From an uncultured Methanosarcinaceae archaeon (GTDB taxonomy: Archaea > Halobacteriota > Methanosarcinia > Methanosarcinales > Methanosarcinaceae), in NCBI GenBank assembly GCA_963847185.1, contig CAWJYV010000007.1:512001-576000 (forward strand): a stretch of 64,000 nt of DNA. Direction: 5' to 3'. Under the pieces are notes generated by a model that did no database searches, was not told where the DNA came from, and saw nothing but the letters and a program-made list of their open reading frames with translations. This document shows positions 52,116-63,343 of this stretch, one piece after another; position 1 is the first letter of the stretch, and the number at the start of each line of letters is the position of its first letter. The position numbers and the translations under genes are program-made.

Positions 52116-54167
52116 TTAATAACTCTGGCTTTCAGAACCACCGTTTTGCGTCGTTTTCTCTTGTTTGGCGTTTACTCCAAGCTTTGGAATGAAGATATCT
52201 ATAGACGGACTTGAGTAAATTTTACTAAGAACTGCAAGGTTATCCTCTAATTCTAGTTCATTTTCGGGATTCCTTTCGTAGAAATAGTTGGCAGTATCCT
52301 TGAGAGTACTTTCCTCACTGCCGAAATACAATCCACTTCTTAGAAACTCCCTGGTTCTGAGAACTACATAGCCTCTATATTGTGAGAGTTTGTTTACATC
52401 ACCGATTCTGTAATTATCATAAGATGTAATATTCATCTCTGCAGAACTTGAAGGTATTAGTGGAAGATAAAAGAACCTTGAAGCGTAATAGTCGGTATAA
52501 ACGGAGGAGTTTACAGGAACATAATTGATAACATGTTCAAATCCACTTAATTCATTGGAAGTGAAGTATTCATGCTTAGCGTCCTTTCCAAGGAAATCCG
52601 GGTCTCCAACACTGAAAACCGAAGAAACTAATACAAATCCTGAGAATAGCAAGAGCACTAAAAAGAAGGAATTTACCTTTTTCGAGGTATATTTGTCCAT
52701 ATAATTCCAGAATATATATATTCCATACCCCATTATGAAAGCCATAAATGGACTGACAAAAAGCATAAATCTGTCAGTTCTAAAAAGAACTCTAAATTGC
52801 CAAATAGTATTTACTGGATTTGGAACATAGAAAACGAGGGTCAAAAGGGCAAATAATCCAAATACAGCAGCGTAGTTCTTTTTATAGTTTTTCAGGAGAA
52901 AACCTATTCCTATCAAGGCAAAAAATAAAAAGATGGATTTGTCTAGAAGTCCTACTAAATTAATCAAACTTTCCTGAAGTACTTCTGTACCGCCGGCAGT
53001 TAAAACTATAGACTCCCATAAATGGCTTTGTAAACGGGGAGTCAGACTCCTTTGAACAAAGACGTATGCTACAAAAAACCAGTATGAAGTGAAAGTCACA
53101 TTAAGCAGTAAGAAAAAGGGTTTACTTATATAGCTACCGCTGCCTACTACGTATTCCGAGGCGAAAAGAATGACAAGCAATAGGACTAGCTGAGGAAGAG
53201 AAACATTGTGAACCAGAGTTAAAAAGATTGCTACAAGAACTGAAAGTGCTTTTATAGGCAGTTTTTCCTCTTTGAAATTCACTACGTAAATCAGGTAAAG
53301 CAATATAATGAACATAATGAATGACATTGTGCGAGTGATTACATTTGCTCCATAATAGAGCACAGTGGAACTCACTGAAAACAGGATGCAGGAAATTAAC
53401 GAAATTTGCCTGTTATTTGTTATGTAGTTAAAAAGGTAGTAAAGAAAGATTACGGTTGTTGCATAGAGTGGGGCAGTTACCAGAAAAAGTGAAGTTTTTA
53501 TGCTTATATTAAGAAGTTCAGAAGTTTCTGCAATAAGTACATGGTATAGGGGAAAATATGCATAATCACTTAAGGACGTTGAAATTGTCTGCCCTAAATC
53601 AGCAGTAAGTTGCGAGAGGAAAATATGAGGCAGGATATCTGTGGTTCCTACGTAAAAATCATAATTCAACGTAACACTGTAAATCAAATTAGTCATGATT
53701 AAGAAAGACTCTGCCACAATCAGAGAAGGGCTTGCCTTTTTAGAGAATATTTGCAAAAATACCGAGAGGTAAAGTACTAAAATAAATGCGAAATAGTACC
53801 AGGGCCTGCTTCCCTGGGATAAAAGGAGTGAGACCAGGGAACCGATATAAAATATTCCAAATAGATAGGTAAGGGATTTTATGTTTAGAGATGGTAAAAC
53901 ATCTATGTCATGCAGACTTACATCTTTTTTGTAAACAAAGAGTACAAAAATACAGGAAAGAAGTGCAGGAACTCCTGTAAACAGTCCCCTAAGTGCATAA
54001 CCCAACTTTTCAGTTGCGAACATCCATAAAAACGTAAATATTACTGCGAAAATTATAGCTAAAGGAAACAGAGAATAAATTAACTTCATTAAACGGTTAT
54101 TACCTCGCCTCTGTCCTGTCTCTTCACTTAATTCTAACATACTATCTCCATGATCTTTAATAACCAT
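52116..54167 (-). CDS. Polytopic membrane protein, GT-C-like (DUF2206-like)
   Basis: 683 aa, about 14 TM; loop GTTDILPH...YAYFPLYH and C-terminal soluble domain with VYTDYY. Confidence 0.65.
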   Translation of the reverse strand: MVIKDHGDSMLELSEETGQRRGNNRLMKLIYSLFPLAIIFAVIFTFLWMFATEKLGYALRGLFTGVPALLSCIFVLFVYKKDVSLHDIDVLPSLNIKSLTYLFGIFYIGSLVSLLLSQGSRPWYYFAFILVLYLSVFLQIFSKKASPSLIVAESFLIMTNLIYSVTLNYDFYVGTTDILPHIFLSQLTADLGQTISTSLSDYAYFPLYHVLIAETSELLNISIKTSLFLVTAPLYATTVIFLYYLFNYITNNRQISLISCILFSVSSTVLYYGANVITRTMSFIMFIILLYLIYVVNFKEEKLPIKALSVLVAIFLTLVHNVSLPQLVLLLVILFASEYVVGSGSYISKPFFLLLNVTFTSYWFFVAYVFVQRSLTPRLQSHLWESIVLTAGGTEVLQESLINLVGLLDKSIFLFFALIGIGFLLKNYKKNYAAVFGLFALLTLVFYVPNPVNTIWQFRVLFRTDRFMLFVSPFMAFIMGYGIYIFWNYMDKYTSKKVNSFFLVLLLFSGFVLVSSVFSVGDPDFLGKDAKHEYFTSNELSGFEHVINYVPVNSSVYTDYYASRFFYLPLIPSSSAEMNITSYDNYRIGDVNKLSQYRGYVVLRTREFLRSGLYFGSEESTLKDTANYFYERNPENELELEDNLAVLSKIYSSPSIDIFIPKLGVNAKQEKTTQNGGSESQSY

Positions 54168-54354
54168 AACTTTATAAATTTATCAAAATATGGTTTTCAA
54201 ATTTTTGTATTTGAAACCAAAAGAGAGTTACAATCAGGACGATATTAATTAAAAATATTTTGCCCCAAAAAGTCTCAGATATCTATTCTAAAGTTTTGGT
54301 CATTTTTTTCAATTACTATCTTTTCTAATATCGTGATCAATAAACTCTTGGTTA

Positions 54355-55365
54355 TTAAATATCCGAACGAGACTTTTTTGAGATAATGAGGGAATTCGCA
54401 AAACTATACAAAAACCCAAGTCCATAGGTAACGTGTTGTATAGGAATTACAAGCAGGGCAAAAAGACCGTATTTAGATCTCATTTTGTAAATTACCTGAA
54501 TTGAGGTGACGAATACCAGAGAAAAATATATTGCCCCAAGTGCAAGTAGAAACAGTATTGGAGTGAAATATATGATAGAAGCGATAAGTAAAGCCACTGC
54601 AAAGATTATTGCAATCGATGGCAAAAATGCATACCAGCGAACGAATTCCCCATGTTTTTTGAAAAGCTCCGCCATCCACATCCCATATTTAAACATTCTT
54701 ACCGAAAAAGACTTGGGAGTTCCTCTTCTATGATGCAAAACCTGTGCTTCAGGGATGTATAAAAACTTACGTCCTCTTTTACCTATTCTATAATTTAAAT
54801 CTCCATCCTGACCTACAATAAATTTCTCGTCAAAGCCTCCCACTTCCTGAATGGCGTATTTTTTATACATGGCATTGCAGTTTGGGAGAGAGCTAACATA
54901 ATGTTTTTTTGTTGAATTTTTGGATTGAGCCGACCCTCCGGAACCCAAAAAGGTTTCCTGAGTATATCCCACTACTCTGCCAAATACAGGATCAGTGTCA
55001 AAAATCAGGTTAGGGCCTCCAACACACACCACATCATCCGGGGCGTTTTGCATTTCGCGGACAAGCACCTTTAACCATTGAGAGTCAACTTTACAGTCTC
55101 CATCAGTAAACGCAACAAGATCTCCTGTGGAGTTCTCTACTCCAAGATTCCTTGCCGCAGCAACATTCTTTCTTTCATTTAAAAGAAGCCTGACAGGATA
55201 TTTTTGTACCAGGTCCCTAGTTTTATCTGTGGACATCCCATCGACAATAGTAATTTCATAAAAATCTTTAGGGTAGTCTAGCTTAAGAAGTGATTCAATA
55301 CATTCTTCAATGAACCTCTCTTCATTACGAATACCTACTACCACTGAAACAAAAGGGCATTCCAT
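54355..55365 (-). CDS. Glycosyltransferase family 2 with C-terminal TM helices
   Basis: RNEERFI, VDGMSTD, AARNLG, FTDGD, GGFDE. Confidence 0.9.
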   Translation of the reverse strand: MECPFVSVVVGIRNEERFIEECIESLLKLDYPKDFYEITIVDGMSTDKTRDLVQKYPVRLLLNERKNVAAARNLGVENSTGDLVAFTDGDCKVDSQWLKVLVREMQNAPDDVVCVGGPNLIFDTDPVFGRVVGYTQETFLGSGGSAQSKNSTKKHYVSSLPNCNAMYKKYAIQEVGGFDEKFIVGQDGDLNYRIGKRGRKFLYIPEAQVLHHRRGTPKSFSVRMFKYGMWMAELFKKHGEFVRWYAFLPSIAIIFAVALLIASIIYFTPILFLLALGAIYFSLVFVTSIQVIYKMRSKYGLFALLVIPIQHVTYGLGFLYSFANSLIISKKSRSDI

Positions 55366-55387
55366 ACAAATTTACCCCATTTTAAAG

Positions 55388-56287
55388 TTATTGTTTTCGA
55401 ATATGCTCATTTAGAAATATCATCCTTGATATGGCATGCAGTATTATTCCTGTAAACACCATGAAGGCTCCTATGATTGTCAGCATCACCATAAGAAGGG
55501 TAGGGCCGAAGCGCAGGTAACCTCCCAAAAGGTAATCCTGCAAAAATTTCAATCCCATAAGAATGCCTGTAGATGCCATAATCAGCCCAGGTACGGCAAA
55601 GTAGTATAGAGGTCTTCTATATTCCATATCCTTCAGAATTCTAAACAGAACCCTGGGCCCATGTATGAAAGGATGTTCACTTGAGCAGTCCTCAAGGTCA
55701 TATCTACAATGAATTTCTACTTCAGTAAACCTCAGGTTGTAATCTTTTGCCTGAATAAGGATTTCGGAGCCTGCAGACATATCTGTGCCATTCAAGTTTA
55801 TATTTTCAATGGCTTTCTTTCCATAAGCCCGAAAACCGCTCTGGGAATCTGTTACCTTCAGACCCCCTGCCATTACAGTTGCGACGTCAAGGACCTTCAT
55901 TCCAAATTTACGATAAATGGGAACATTTTTCCCATTACCGTTGACAAACCTTGAACCTATTACGAGATCAAATCCGTTTTTCAGGGGTTCAAGGAGCTTA
56001 GGGATCTCGGATGGGTCATGTTGACCGTCAGAGTCGATTATGACCATAGCACTTACGTCGAGCTCGCGAGCGGTTTCAAAACAGTCCCGGAGAGCTGCAC
56101 CATATCCTTTGTTGGTCTCGTGGCGGACTACATATGCACCTAGTGATTTAGCGATATCAACAGTGTTGTCAGTGCTTCCGTCGTCCACAACCACTACTTT
56201 ATCGACATATCTTCTGCAGCCTTTAATGACCTCTGCAATGGCATGGGCTTCATTATAGGCAGGCATGGCTGCAATCGTAACGGTCAT
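55388..56287 (-). CDS. Polyprenol-phosphate glycosyltransferase (DPM1/AglJ-like GT2)
   Basis: PAYNE, DDGSTD, NKGYGAA, DSDGQH, GSRF, DSQSGFRA; 2 C-terminal TM. Confidence 0.88.
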   Translation of the reverse strand: MTVTIAAMPAYNEAHAIAEVIKGCRRYVDKVVVVDDGSTDNTVDIAKSLGAYVVRHETNKGYGAALRDCFETARELDVSAMVIIDSDGQHDPSEIPKLLEPLKNGFDLVIGSRFVNGNGKNVPIYRKFGMKVLDVATVMAGGLKVTDSQSGFRAYGKKAIENINLNGTDMSAGSEILIQAKDYNLRFTEVEIHCRYDLEDCSSEHPFIHGPRVLFRILKDMEYRRPLYYFAVPGLIMASTGILMGLKFLQDYLLGGYLRFGPTLLMVMLTIIGAFMVFTGIILHAISRMIFLNEHIRKQ

Positions 56288-57181
56288 GTTTAATCATCTA
56301 CCTCTTCGACAACAAGACTCAATAGTCTCCCGAATAAAGTGATTTGTTATAAAAGAATCGATAAAAAGTTTGAATTCGGTAAACATATTTTTCAGAGTCA
56401 TCGCTCCATAATTTTTAAAGGGTTTCAAAATATCTTCTATAGCTGTATTTACAGAACTTGATTGGGGGATCTTAGTCCTCCTTTTTGACAAAAAGAAGGA
56501 GCATAGATGCTCTGTAAACAAGTCACGGCATATTATCTAAGACGTGTATTTGTTTTAATATACGAGCTATATAAGCATTTAGATACAAAAAATAATTATG
56601 CAGTTTTCTCTATAAAAATTTATTAAGAATTTAGCTAATGTTTTTTTGTATTGGATAGAAGTTGCATTGCATATATTCATATTTTATATAAAGTTATTTA
56701 TTTTGGGAGAATTGTGCTCTATGGGTTTCAAAAAGTTTTCATGATGTCTTTTAACGTTCTAAATGTTACATTCCCAACTTAAACTCAGTTCAAAAAATGG
56801 ATGAGTGAATATTTTAAAGGTCGCAAATCTTCTCAAAAATACTGTAAATAGGGAAAAGTATTTGACATAACAAGCAGGAAATGGGAAAGATATTTTATAC
56901 AACTAAGTAATTAGTAGGTCGGGTTAAGAACATCCCTGGAAAAGGATAAAACCCATGAATATAAGTGCTGCTAAATCCAAAGATGTTTCCTGGATCGAAA
57001 CTAGGATAGTTTACTTTTCGGGATTAATTCTTCACATTCACCGATGAAAGCAGATACATTTGAGAGATAAGGAGATTTTTGGAATGCCTCAGAAGAGGGT
57101 ACAGAAATCGTAAATTAACCCGATAATATGAAAGAAACTGGAAAGCCAGAAAAACATTAAAATCGTTTTATGAGGAGTCAT

Positions 57182-58069
57182 ATGGCCGGAAACCAGAAGT
57201 TTCCATCTGATCTGTTGCTTGTAGCAGGCCTTGTAATTATTACGGATATTTTCGTACTTATTCCTGTACTGAATGAAAGTTTCATCCGTACGGCTCTTGG
57301 TCTACCTATGGTACTTTTCCTTCCAGGGTACGCACTTATAGCCATGTTTTTTCCGAAAAAAAGCGGACTTGAAGGGATGGAGAGAATAGCTCTTTCTGTT
57401 GGGATGAGCGTTGTAATTGTACCTCTTATAGGGCTTGCACTTAATTTTACAACATTGGGAATACGAGAAATTCCTCTTCTTATAAGCCTTTCAGTATTTA
57501 CTCTTATAGTGTGTGGAATGGCCTATATAAGAAGAGTTCGACTTCCAGAAGACAAAACATTTGGTGTTCCTTTAAAAGCTTCTGTTCTCAGTCTGATTGC
57601 TGGAGTCCTTGAAAAACCGGAATCAAAAACTGAGGGCATTCTCAGAATATTTCTAGCCCTTTCTGTCCTTATTTTGATTGGAACTGTAGCTTATGTTGCC
57701 TTAGTACCTCCGGAAAAAGAACCATTTACGGAATTCTATATTCTGGGGGCTGACAGGATAGCTGAGAATTATAAAACAAACTATATACAGGGAGAAAGTG
57801 GGACTTACATTATAGGAATAGCAAATAATGAATATAAAACAATGAACTACACAATGGAAGTAAGGCTTGAAAATAAAACTTTACCGCTTCCTGAAAACCT
57901 GCAAAATATAAAACTTGATCATAACACAACTCTTGAAGAGCCTGTTGAAATCACACCTTCTATTGAAGGAAAGAATATGAAGCTCGAGTTCCTGCTTTTC
58001 AATGAGACTGAAAAGAACATACCTTACAGAGACCTGCGCCTCTGGATAAATGTTACGGAGGAGGTCTGA
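57182..58069 (+). CDS. DUF1616-family membrane protein
   Basis: LFLPGYAL, ERIALSVGMS, EPFTEFYILG, PYRDLRLWINV; GAGGAG RBS before ATG 57182. Confidence 0.85.
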   Translation: MAGNQKFPSDLLLVAGLVIITDIFVLIPVLNESFIRTALGLPMVLFLPGYALIAMFFPKKSGLEGMERIALSVGMSVVIVPLIGLALNFTTLGIREIPLLISLSVFTLIVCGMAYIRRVRLPEDKTFGVPLKASVLSLIAGVLEKPESKTEGILRIFLALSVLILIGTVAYVALVPPEKEPFTEFYILGADRIAENYKTNYIQGESGTYIIGIANNEYKTMNYTMEVRLENKTLPLPENLQNIKLDHNTTLEEPVEITPSIEGKNMKLEFLLFNETEKNIPYRDLRLWINVTEEV

Positions 58070-58070
58070 G

Positions 58071-58919
58071 ATGGTAACTTCTAAGAGTATAAATATGGAA
58101 ACCATTGAAGCGCCTGAGAATCTGAGGATAGAAACATTTGAAAATTCCAGAAAAAAGTCTGAGGTCAAAAACAAATGGTTTTATCTGGGAATGCCTGCTG
58201 TAGCAGTTGCTTTTGCGGAAATATGTGTTTCTTCGGGAAGATTAGTAGAAGCTGCAATAATATATGCAGTGATCCTGCTTGGACTTTCCTTCTCCATAAT
58301 GTTCATAAAAAATGAAGAAATCCAGAAAACATACCAGGTTCTTATTCTCCTGCCTATCCTGCGTCTGATAAATCTTTCAATGCCAGTTTTCTTTGAGTCT
58401 ACACTTGACTCATTTATTTTTATATATTGTCTCATGTCAATTCCCGTAAGTATTGCAGCTGCTCATCAGGATTTTACTCGCACACAGCTCGGGTTAACTT
58501 TTAATAAGTTAATCCTCTATATCCCACTTTCACTATTTCTGGGTGCAGTATTGGGGGCAGGAGAATACCTGATTATCGGAACTAATAATCTTATCCCAGA
58601 TCTTTCGGTCTTTAATATCGTAAAGCTTAGCATAGTTATGATCTTTTTTGCAGGTCTTGTGGAGGAATTAATTTTCAGGTCAATCCTTCAAACCAGGCTT
58701 CAGATAGTACTCGGGGATAAGAAAGGATTGATATTTACGGCCATTTTGTTTGGACTTATGCATTCAGGATACGGGAGTTTTAGTGAAGTGCTGTACGCAT
58801 CCTTTGTAGGTCTCTTCATAGGATCACTTTTCTACAGAACACGTAGCCTTCCTCTGGTCATGATGATCCATGGCTTCATAAACATCTTTGTTTTCGGGAT
58901 CTTCCCCTTCCTTCTCTAA
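58071..58919 (+). CDS. CPBP (CAAX protease-like) intramembrane glutamic endopeptidase
   Basis: EELIFR, FGLMH, HGFIN motifs; GGAGG RBS; ATG 2 bp after the DUF1616 stop. Confidence 0.88.
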   Translation: MVTSKSINMETIEAPENLRIETFENSRKKSEVKNKWFYLGMPAVAVAFAEICVSSGRLVEAAIIYAVILLGLSFSIMFIKNEEIQKTYQVLILLPILRLINLSMPVFFESTLDSFIFIYCLMSIPVSIAAAHQDFTRTQLGLTFNKLILYIPLSLFLGAVLGAGEYLIIGTNNLIPDLSVFNIVKLSIVMIFFAGLVEELIFRSILQTRLQIVLGDKKGLIFTAILFGLMHSGYGSFSEVLYASFVGLFIGSLFYRTRSLPLVMMIHGFINIFVFGIFPFLL

Positions 58920-59053
58920 CTCCTTTCGCAGATCCACAAAAAATAAAAACAAGTTAAAAAGCAGATGCTGAAGATTAGTTGAAAGTGATGTTCCTAACTA
59001 CTTCTTCAAACTTCAAAAATATAATGCATAATCCCGAACGTTAAAAATGTATC

Positions 59054-59186
59054 CATCTGGATTCGGTTAACGAATTTTATGCACAACTTCGGATATCATG
59101 TGTAGTGATTTTCCAAGAGAATTCTCTTAAATGTTGCATAAAAAATAGCATTTTTTGATTTTTTGTTCCTTAACCGAATCCAAATG
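59054..59186. mobile_element. 133-bp MITE, IS4 family (ISH8-like) ends
   Basis: TIRs CATCTGGATTCGGTTAA / TTAACCGAATCCAAATG (16/17 match); 10-bp TSD AAAATGTATC at 59044-59053 and 59187-59196. Confidence 0.88.
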
Positions 59187-59439
59187 AAAATGTATCCAGT
59201 TTTGGATAAAAGCACAAGAATAAATTCATTAATTAATCTGCTTGAGCGAACGAATCGAGTGAAACAGACCCTGCGCTATTGTGATTATATCGTAACTCCC
59301 CGAAAATTTCCTATTTTTCTGTGATCCCTAAGCAGATCTCGGGTGGAGAAACAGACGGAGGTTCACGAATCATAATTCGGAAGGCTCAATGGATAAACAA
59401 AAAAACTGAAAAAATATAATAATTTATGATTATTTGCCT

Positions 59440-59736
59440 CTAGAAGAGATCTACAATCTTGTAAAGGACGATTGCACAAAACGAAAACAATAGTGGAATA
59501 ATTCCCATGTTTAATGAAACTTTCACCGTATCTCCCCAATGCTTTGATACAGGAAGGAAATCCCTTAGTAAGAGCAGTAGAAGTAAAGCTACAGTAGCCA
59601 CTGATGCACCTACAGGGATTTCTGGTATGCTGGTAATTGAGGGAATACCTGAAGAAACTGAACTTGACGAAAGTAAACTTATAAGCGTAGTTAGGACTCC
59701 TTGAGTTGATTCGCGTATTTGAGGAACAAATGTCAA
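59440..59736 (-). CDS. Small Ser/Thr-rich two-TM membrane protein
   Basis: 98 aa; SSSSVSSGIPSITS segment then a TM hairpin; homologous to 36383-36673; start uncertain. Confidence 0.65.
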   Translation of the reverse strand: MTFVPQIRESTQGVLTTLISLLSSSSVSSGIPSITSIPEIPVGASVATVALLLLLLLRDFLPVSKHWGDTVKVSLNMGIIPLLFSFCAIVLYKIVDLF

Positions 59737-60463
59737 TATGATATAAAAACCCTCCTCCTACTACTGAAAAAGTATAAAAAGATCTAATGTATAACTCATG
59801 CCTTGGATATGAGTCCAGAGGGTCAAACGATTACGAAAATAATACTGAGCTTATCTGGTTTGAACGAAGGATAAATTAAAACTCCATTACAATAAAGGAT
59901 TTAGATATTAAAAAGAGCCGTTTTCTAAACTTATTCGATATCTCAATTTTCCGGAAAGTTGGAAGCAAAAAAGAAGGACATGTTTAAAGACCAATATTTT
60001 ATTTATCATATTTTTTCTATGAAAATTATTTATTCATGAGACATTTGAAACTTCATAAGTTATAAATTTTTTATATAAGTATTGTCTATAATAGTATTGT
60101 AAATATAAGTTTTTAAAACACTTTATAATTATTGATATATGAGTGATGTTATGAATTGAATAACTCCGTTAGAAAACATAAAATAAACAGTCGATAATGA
60201 AATAAACCAAATCACTTAAATAATTATACAGTGTATTCATTTAAAAAATTAAGATAGTTGCTAAAATAGTTACAAAGATCAATGGGAGTGAGCATCGGGA
60301 AGGAATATATCGTAATCGTCTTCGAGTTTACCTCGAAATTATGAGTTGGCCTTATAGGCGGGAACGAAAGAACCGAAAACGACGTAAAAAATGATCCGAA
60401 AATTTTTATGAATCAAAAGAGTGCAGCTATCATGATGAAAATCCAGAAAAAACGGGGGGAACA

Positions 60464-61132
60464 ATGAACTCTACCGAATTTAAAATCCACAATTCTTCTA
60501 AAATATACGGTACCTCTGTAATAGGGAAAGATACGGTAATAATGGAAAATGTGATTATCGGGTATCCTGAACACAGGACCCTGATGGAAATTTTGAAACA
60601 AAATCTTGAAATTGAAGATTTTGATTTTCCAGGTTCTACTATAGGCTCGAATTCGATTGTAAGAGCCGGGTCAACGATTTTCTCCAACGTGAAAACCGGA
60701 AAAAACTTCAAAACCGGGCATAATGTATTGATCAGAGAAAACACTGAAATAGGAGATAATGTTCTTATTGGAACAAACGTCATTATAGACGGGCATGTGA
60801 AGATAGGAAATAACGTCAGTATTCAGGGCAATGTCTACATTCCTACAAACGTCATCATTGAAGATAACGTGTTTATAGGGCCCTGCGCGGTTCTGGCTAA
60901 CGATAAATATCCTATTAGAAAAAAATACGAACTGAAAGGTCCTGTTTTGAGAAAAGGCGCATCTGTCGGTGCAAATGCTACTCTGCTTCCTGATGTTGAA
61001 ATCGGAGAAGGGGCAATGGTTGCCGGAGGGGCACTTGTGACAAAGAACGTGCCCGCATGGAAACTTGCAATTGGTGTGCCTGCAAAGATTCAGGAACTTC
61101 CGAAGGATTTAAAGGAATTGAATAAGATATAA
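60464..61132 (+). CDS. Hexapeptide N-acetyltransferase (WbpD-like)
   Basis: Left-handed beta-helix repeats, IEDNVFIGP...ANDKYP, GVPAK. Confidence 0.85.
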   Translation: MNSTEFKIHNSSKIYGTSVIGKDTVIMENVIIGYPEHRTLMEILKQNLEIEDFDFPGSTIGSNSIVRAGSTIFSNVKTGKNFKTGHNVLIRENTEIGDNVLIGTNVIIDGHVKIGNNVSIQGNVYIPTNVIIEDNVFIGPCAVLANDKYPIRKKYELKGPVLRKGASVGANATLLPDVEIGEGAMVAGGALVTKNVPAWKLAIGVPAKIQELPKDLKELNKI

Positions 61133-61196
61133 ACTTACTAAAACCAATAGTAAGTTAAAAAAAAGTTTATTGGAATTATTAAAAAGAGGTCCGAAA

Positions 61197-62279
61197 ATGA
61201 TCCCAATCGCCAAGCCCTTATTGGGCAAGGAAGAGATTGATGCCGTAACAGAGGTTCTGAGTTCAGGAATGATTGCACAGGGCCCTAAAGTAGATGAATT
61301 TGAACTTGCTTTTTCCGAGTACACTGGCTGTGAGTATGCAGCAGCTGTAAATTCCGGCACTGCAGCCCTACACATTGCACTTCTCGCCTACGGCATAGGA
61401 AAGGGAGATGAAGTGATTACGACTCCCTTCAGCTTTATTGCTACCGCAAACAGCATCCTTTATACTGGGGCAAAACCTGTTTTTGCAGATATAGAGCCAG
61501 ATACCTTCAATATAGACCCTGAAAAAATTCAGGAAAAAATCACTTCCAAGACTAGAGCAATTATGCCTGTCCATCTCTATGGACACCCTGCAGATATGAA
61601 GGCCATAATGGAAATTGCAGAGGACAAAAAGCTTATTGTGGTTGAAGATGCCTGTCAGTCTCATGGTGCAGCATTACATGGAAAAAAAGTAGGAAGCTTT
61701 GGAACTGGAGCATTTAGCTTTTACCCTACAAAAAATATGACAACTAGTGAAGGTGGAATGCTCACCACAAACGATAAAGAAATCGCAGAGAAAGCAAAAA
61801 TGATCCGGGCCCATGGTTCCAAGATCCGCTACCTGCACGAAATGCTGGGTTTCAACTTGCGTATGACTGATATTGCGGCTGCAATAGGCCTTGTACAGCT
61901 CGGAAAACTAAATGAATTCACCATAGCAAGACAGAAAAACGCAGAAATTCTGTCATCCGGACTCAAAGGCATACCAGGACTCATACCATCAATTACAAAA
62001 GCCGGGTGTACCCATGTATTCCACCAGTATACCATCAGGGCCAAGAAGAGAGATCAACTGGCAGCCTTCCTTAAAGAAAATGATATAGGGACAGGAATTC
62101 ACTACCCGATACCTATCCACAAGCAGCCAGTCTACAAAGATCTTGGATACAAAGACTCTCTTCCAGTCTCGGAAAAGGCAGTAGAAGAAGTTCTCTCCAT
62201 TCCTGTACATCCTGCATTGTCCAGAGCCGACGTACAGGCGGTAGTCAAAGCGATCAAAGAATTTTATGCACAGGCTTAA
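61197..62279 (+). CDS. DegT/DnrJ/EryC1/StrS aminotransferase (WbpE-like)
   Basis: [30 protein letters not shown]. Confidence 0.92.
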   Translation: MIPIAKPLLGKEEIDAVTEVLSSGMIAQGPKVDEFELAFSEYTGCEYAAAVNSGTAALHIALLAYGIGKGDEVITTPFSFIATANSILYTGAKPVFADIEPDTFNIDPEKIQEKITSKTRAIMPVHLYGHPADMKAIMEIAEDKKLIVVEDACQSHGAALHGKKVGSFGTGAFSFYPTKNMTTSEGGMLTTNDKEIAEKAKMIRAHGSKIRYLHEMLGFNLRMTDIAAAIGLVQLGKLNEFTIARQKNAEILSSGLKGIPGLIPSITKAGCTHVFHQYTIRAKKRDQLAAFLKENDIGTGIHYPIPIHKQPVYKDLGYKDSLPVSEKAVEEVLSIPVHPALSRADVQAVVKAIKEFYAQA

Positions 62280-62317
62280 GTAATTTTTCTAGATGCTGCA
62301 TTTTTCAAAATCAGGAA

Positions 62318-63265
62318 GTGAGATTTTTGATTAGAGTAGGAGTTATAGGTACAGGTGCCATGGGACAGAACCACGTCAGGATCTATAGCGAGATGGAGGG
62401 TGTAAAACTTGCCGGAATCTCAGATGTAGATCAGAGTCGTGTAGATGCCTTGGCTGCACAGTTCAAGACAAAATCTTTTACAGATTATAAGAAAATGTTC
62501 GCCGAAGGACTTGATGCGGTAAGCGTTGTTGTACCCACGAAACTGCACAAACAGGTTGTACTTGACGCTCTTGACGCGGGGATACATGTCCTTGTAGAAA
62601 AACCGATTGCAGATACGACTGAAAATGCTGATCTGATGATTGCAGCTGCAAAAAAAGCTGGGAAAGTCCTTATGGTTGGTCACATTGAGCGTTTTAATCC
62701 TGCAGTCATAAGACTCAAAGAGATAATAAACTCAGGCACTCTGGGCAAGATAGTTTCAATATCGACCAAGCGTGTGGGTCCATATAACCCGAGGATCAGA
62801 GATGTAGGAGTCATTCTGGACATAGGGGTGCATGATATAGATATTATCTCGTATCTTTATGGAAAGAAAATAAAGGGTGTTTATGCCATTGCAGGCGCGG
62901 ATATTCATTCATTTGAGGACCATGCCTCAATTATTCTGCGGATGGACCATAATTTTGCAGGAGTCGTGGAAACAAACTGGCTGACTCCTCATAAAGTAAG
63001 ACAGTTGACAGCTATCGGAATTAAAGGCGTTGCCTATCTGGATTACATTAATCAAACAGTAGAATTGCATGATAACGGATGGATCAGAAAAGCAAAAGTA
63101 GAGCCAAGTGAGCCCCTCAAAAATGAACTATCCTACTTCATAGATTGTGCTGCAACAGGTAAAGACCCTAATCCTTGCGGAGAAGATGGAAAACACGCTC
63201 TGGAAGTGGCAATGGCAGCTATAAAGTCCTACGAAGAAGAAAGATTAATTGAGGTAGGACAATAA
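62318..63265 (+). CDS. Gfo/Idh/MocA oxidoreductase (UDP-GlcNAc(A) 3-dehydrogenase, WbpB-like)
   Basis: GTGAMG, VEKP, GHIERFNP, DIGVHD. Confidence 0.88.
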   Translation: MRFLIRVGVIGTGAMGQNHVRIYSEMEGVKLAGISDVDQSRVDALAAQFKTKSFTDYKKMFAEGLDAVSVVVPTKLHKQVVLDALDAGIHVLVEKPIADTTENADLMIAAAKKAGKVLMVGHIERFNPAVIRLKEIINSGTLGKIVSISTKRVGPYNPRIRDVGVILDIGVHDIDIISYLYGKKIKGVYAIAGADIHSFEDHASIILRMDHNFAGVVETNWLTPHKVRQLTAIGIKGVAYLDYINQTVELHDNGWIRKAKVEPSEPLKNELSYFIDCAATGKDPNPCGEDGKHALEVAMAAIKSYEEERLIEVGQ

Positions 63266-63343
63266 ACCGGAATAAAATCCTGACAAATATTCCAAAATTT
63301 CTGGGAATATAAAATATTTGAAAAACAATTTGGAGTGATGATT

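Noticed and set aside
56294-56521. 75-aa ORF directly upstream of the DPM1-like GT2
   Set aside because: No RBS or motif; more likely an untranslated leader.
59242-59300. GAGCGAACGAATCGAGTGAAAC motif, reminiscent of a dispersed Methanosarcina intergenic repeat
   Set aside because: Only one degenerate copy in the window, so it cannot be supported from this sequence.
59387-59442. Possible pyrrolysine (TAG) read-through of the small membrane protein
   Set aside because: The extension is only 17 codons of AT-rich terminator-like sequence, and the paralogue ends at about the same position with TAA.
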